Source: Camelus dromedarius
Taxonomy: Eukaryota
Assembly: GCF_036321535.1 (NCBI RefSeq)
Contig: NC_087437.1
Span: forward strand, 60,514,001-60,578,000
DNA: 64,000 bases
Direction: 5' to 3'
Both the position numbers and the translations under genes were made by a program. The notes below the pieces were generated by a model. It searched no databases, was not told the origin of the DNA, and worked only from the letters and a program-made list of their open reading frames with translations. How positions within the stretch are numbered: position 1 is the first letter of the stretch; each line of letters begins with the position of its first letter. Positions 63,101 through 64,000 of the stretch are shown here, in pieces.

Positions 63101-63208
63101 TTTGGGGGGTGGTAATTAGGTTTATTTTTCGAGAAGCCACTGGAGACTGAACCCATGGCATCGTGCATGCTAAGCACACACTCTACCACTGAACTATACC
63201 CTCCCCCC
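63101..63208 (-). mobile_element. Vic-1-like SINE 43 nt downstream of a splice donor
   Basis: ggggggtggtaattagg..ctctaccactgaactataccctcccccc. Confidence 0.87.
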
Positions 63209-63562
63209 ACATCACTTCTTATACCCAGTTTCTCTTTTGCCATTTTCTGATCTGCTTCCTTACAATTTCTACTTCAAAAAGGAGCAGTGTTTGATGATAG
63301 TAGCAATATATATAAACATTATCTGCTAAAATGCTGAACGTAACTTGGTTGAATTATCTAAGTGTATGACTTCCAAAAGAAGACTGACTAAGGTTTAAGA
63401 TCTTAATAAAAAGGTTTGTAAATTATCAAGCTAGCCATCATTGGTGGAGAAAGAAAAAAGAAAGAAATTAACAGTTAAGGGTACTTTTGTTTTCTAATGA
63501 AATAAAATGTATTCATGTTTGTTGAGCATTTATTCCTCTTAACATGGAGTGTATTTTTATAG

Positions 63563-63664
63563 TTAATTATACTCGACCAGTGATCATATTGGGACCGATG
63601 AAAGACAGGATAAATGATGACTTGATCTCAGAATTTCCTGACAAATTTGGATCATGTGTTCCTC
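63563..63664 (+). CDS. DLG1: DLG1 exon, start of GK-like domain ((V)[33 protein letters not shown])
   Basis: ttatag|TT acceptor, CTC|gtgagt donor, 102 nt. Confidence 0.97.
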
Positions 63665-63920
63665 GTGAGTAACCCACATAAAAATTATTAATTCTTGTTC
63701 TTAACATTTTGTTATTGTGTGTGGTAAAAGTAAACATTACCATTTTTTAATGGTTTTACTTATTCTATCAGTTATTCCTCCATCCTCTATATTATTGTCC
63801 TTTTTCAAATTTAAATCAATCTCTGTTGTATTGAACTTTATAAAACAATTCTTTAAGTAGCAAATGGATTTGTTGTGCTTTTTAATATTAAACACTTCCT
63901 CAAGTTTTTTTCTGTTAAAG

Positions 63921-64000
63921 ATACAACTAGACCAAAACGAGATTATGAGGTAGATGGAAGAGATTATCATTTTGTGACTTCAAGAGAGCAAATGGAAAAA
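63921..64000 (+). CDS. DLG1: DLG1 exon, GK-like domain ((H)[26 protein letters not shown]...), truncated by the window end
   Basis: ttaaag|AT acceptor; [13 protein letters not shown] guanylate kinase signature. Confidence 0.96.

Larger units (their letters stand above)
1..64000 (+). other. DLG1: Internal portion of the DLG1 (SAP97) gene; both ends lie outside the window
   Basis: The spliced exons form one phase-consistent frame encoding PDZ2(end)-PDZ3-SH3-HOOK-GK with recognisable DLG1 sequence. Confidence 0.98.

Noticed and set aside
1..64000. CRISPR array, operon or other prokaryotic system; snoRNA or miRNA
   Set aside because: The window is a spliced mammalian gene with no regularly spaced repeat-spacer pattern. 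I recognised no convincing C/D, H/ACA or long hairpin structure by eye; an Infernal/Rfam scan would be needed to exclude small RNAs.

Overview
This is AT-rich, CpG-poor mammalian genomic DNA lying entirely inside the DLG1 (SAP97/hDlg, MAGUK scaffold) gene on the + strand. I can trace 14 coding exons with GT-AG boundaries and consistent phases. They encode the end of PDZ2, the linker, PDZ3, SH3, the HOOK region (alternative inserts I3, I2, I5 and microexon I4) and the start of the guanylate-kinase-like domain. The introns contain L1, L2, CR1/L3, MIR, Tigger and hAT elements, an ERV1 solo LTR, and eight copies of a tRNA-derived SINE matching the camelid Vic-1 family, so the source is probably a camel, alpaca or llama. 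Repeat family names are from remembered consensus sequences, not a database search, and old-repeat boundaries are approximate. I see no prokaryote-type system and no clearly new gene. The most interesting observations are: a ~2.3 kb TSD-flanked composite L1/L1/ERV insert containing a perfect 50-bp direct repeat; the dual-acceptor I4 microexon with SRRM4- and RBFOX-type motifs; frame-enforced I3/I2 mutual exclusivity; and an L1 remnant occupying the branch-point zone of a PDZ2 coding exon.
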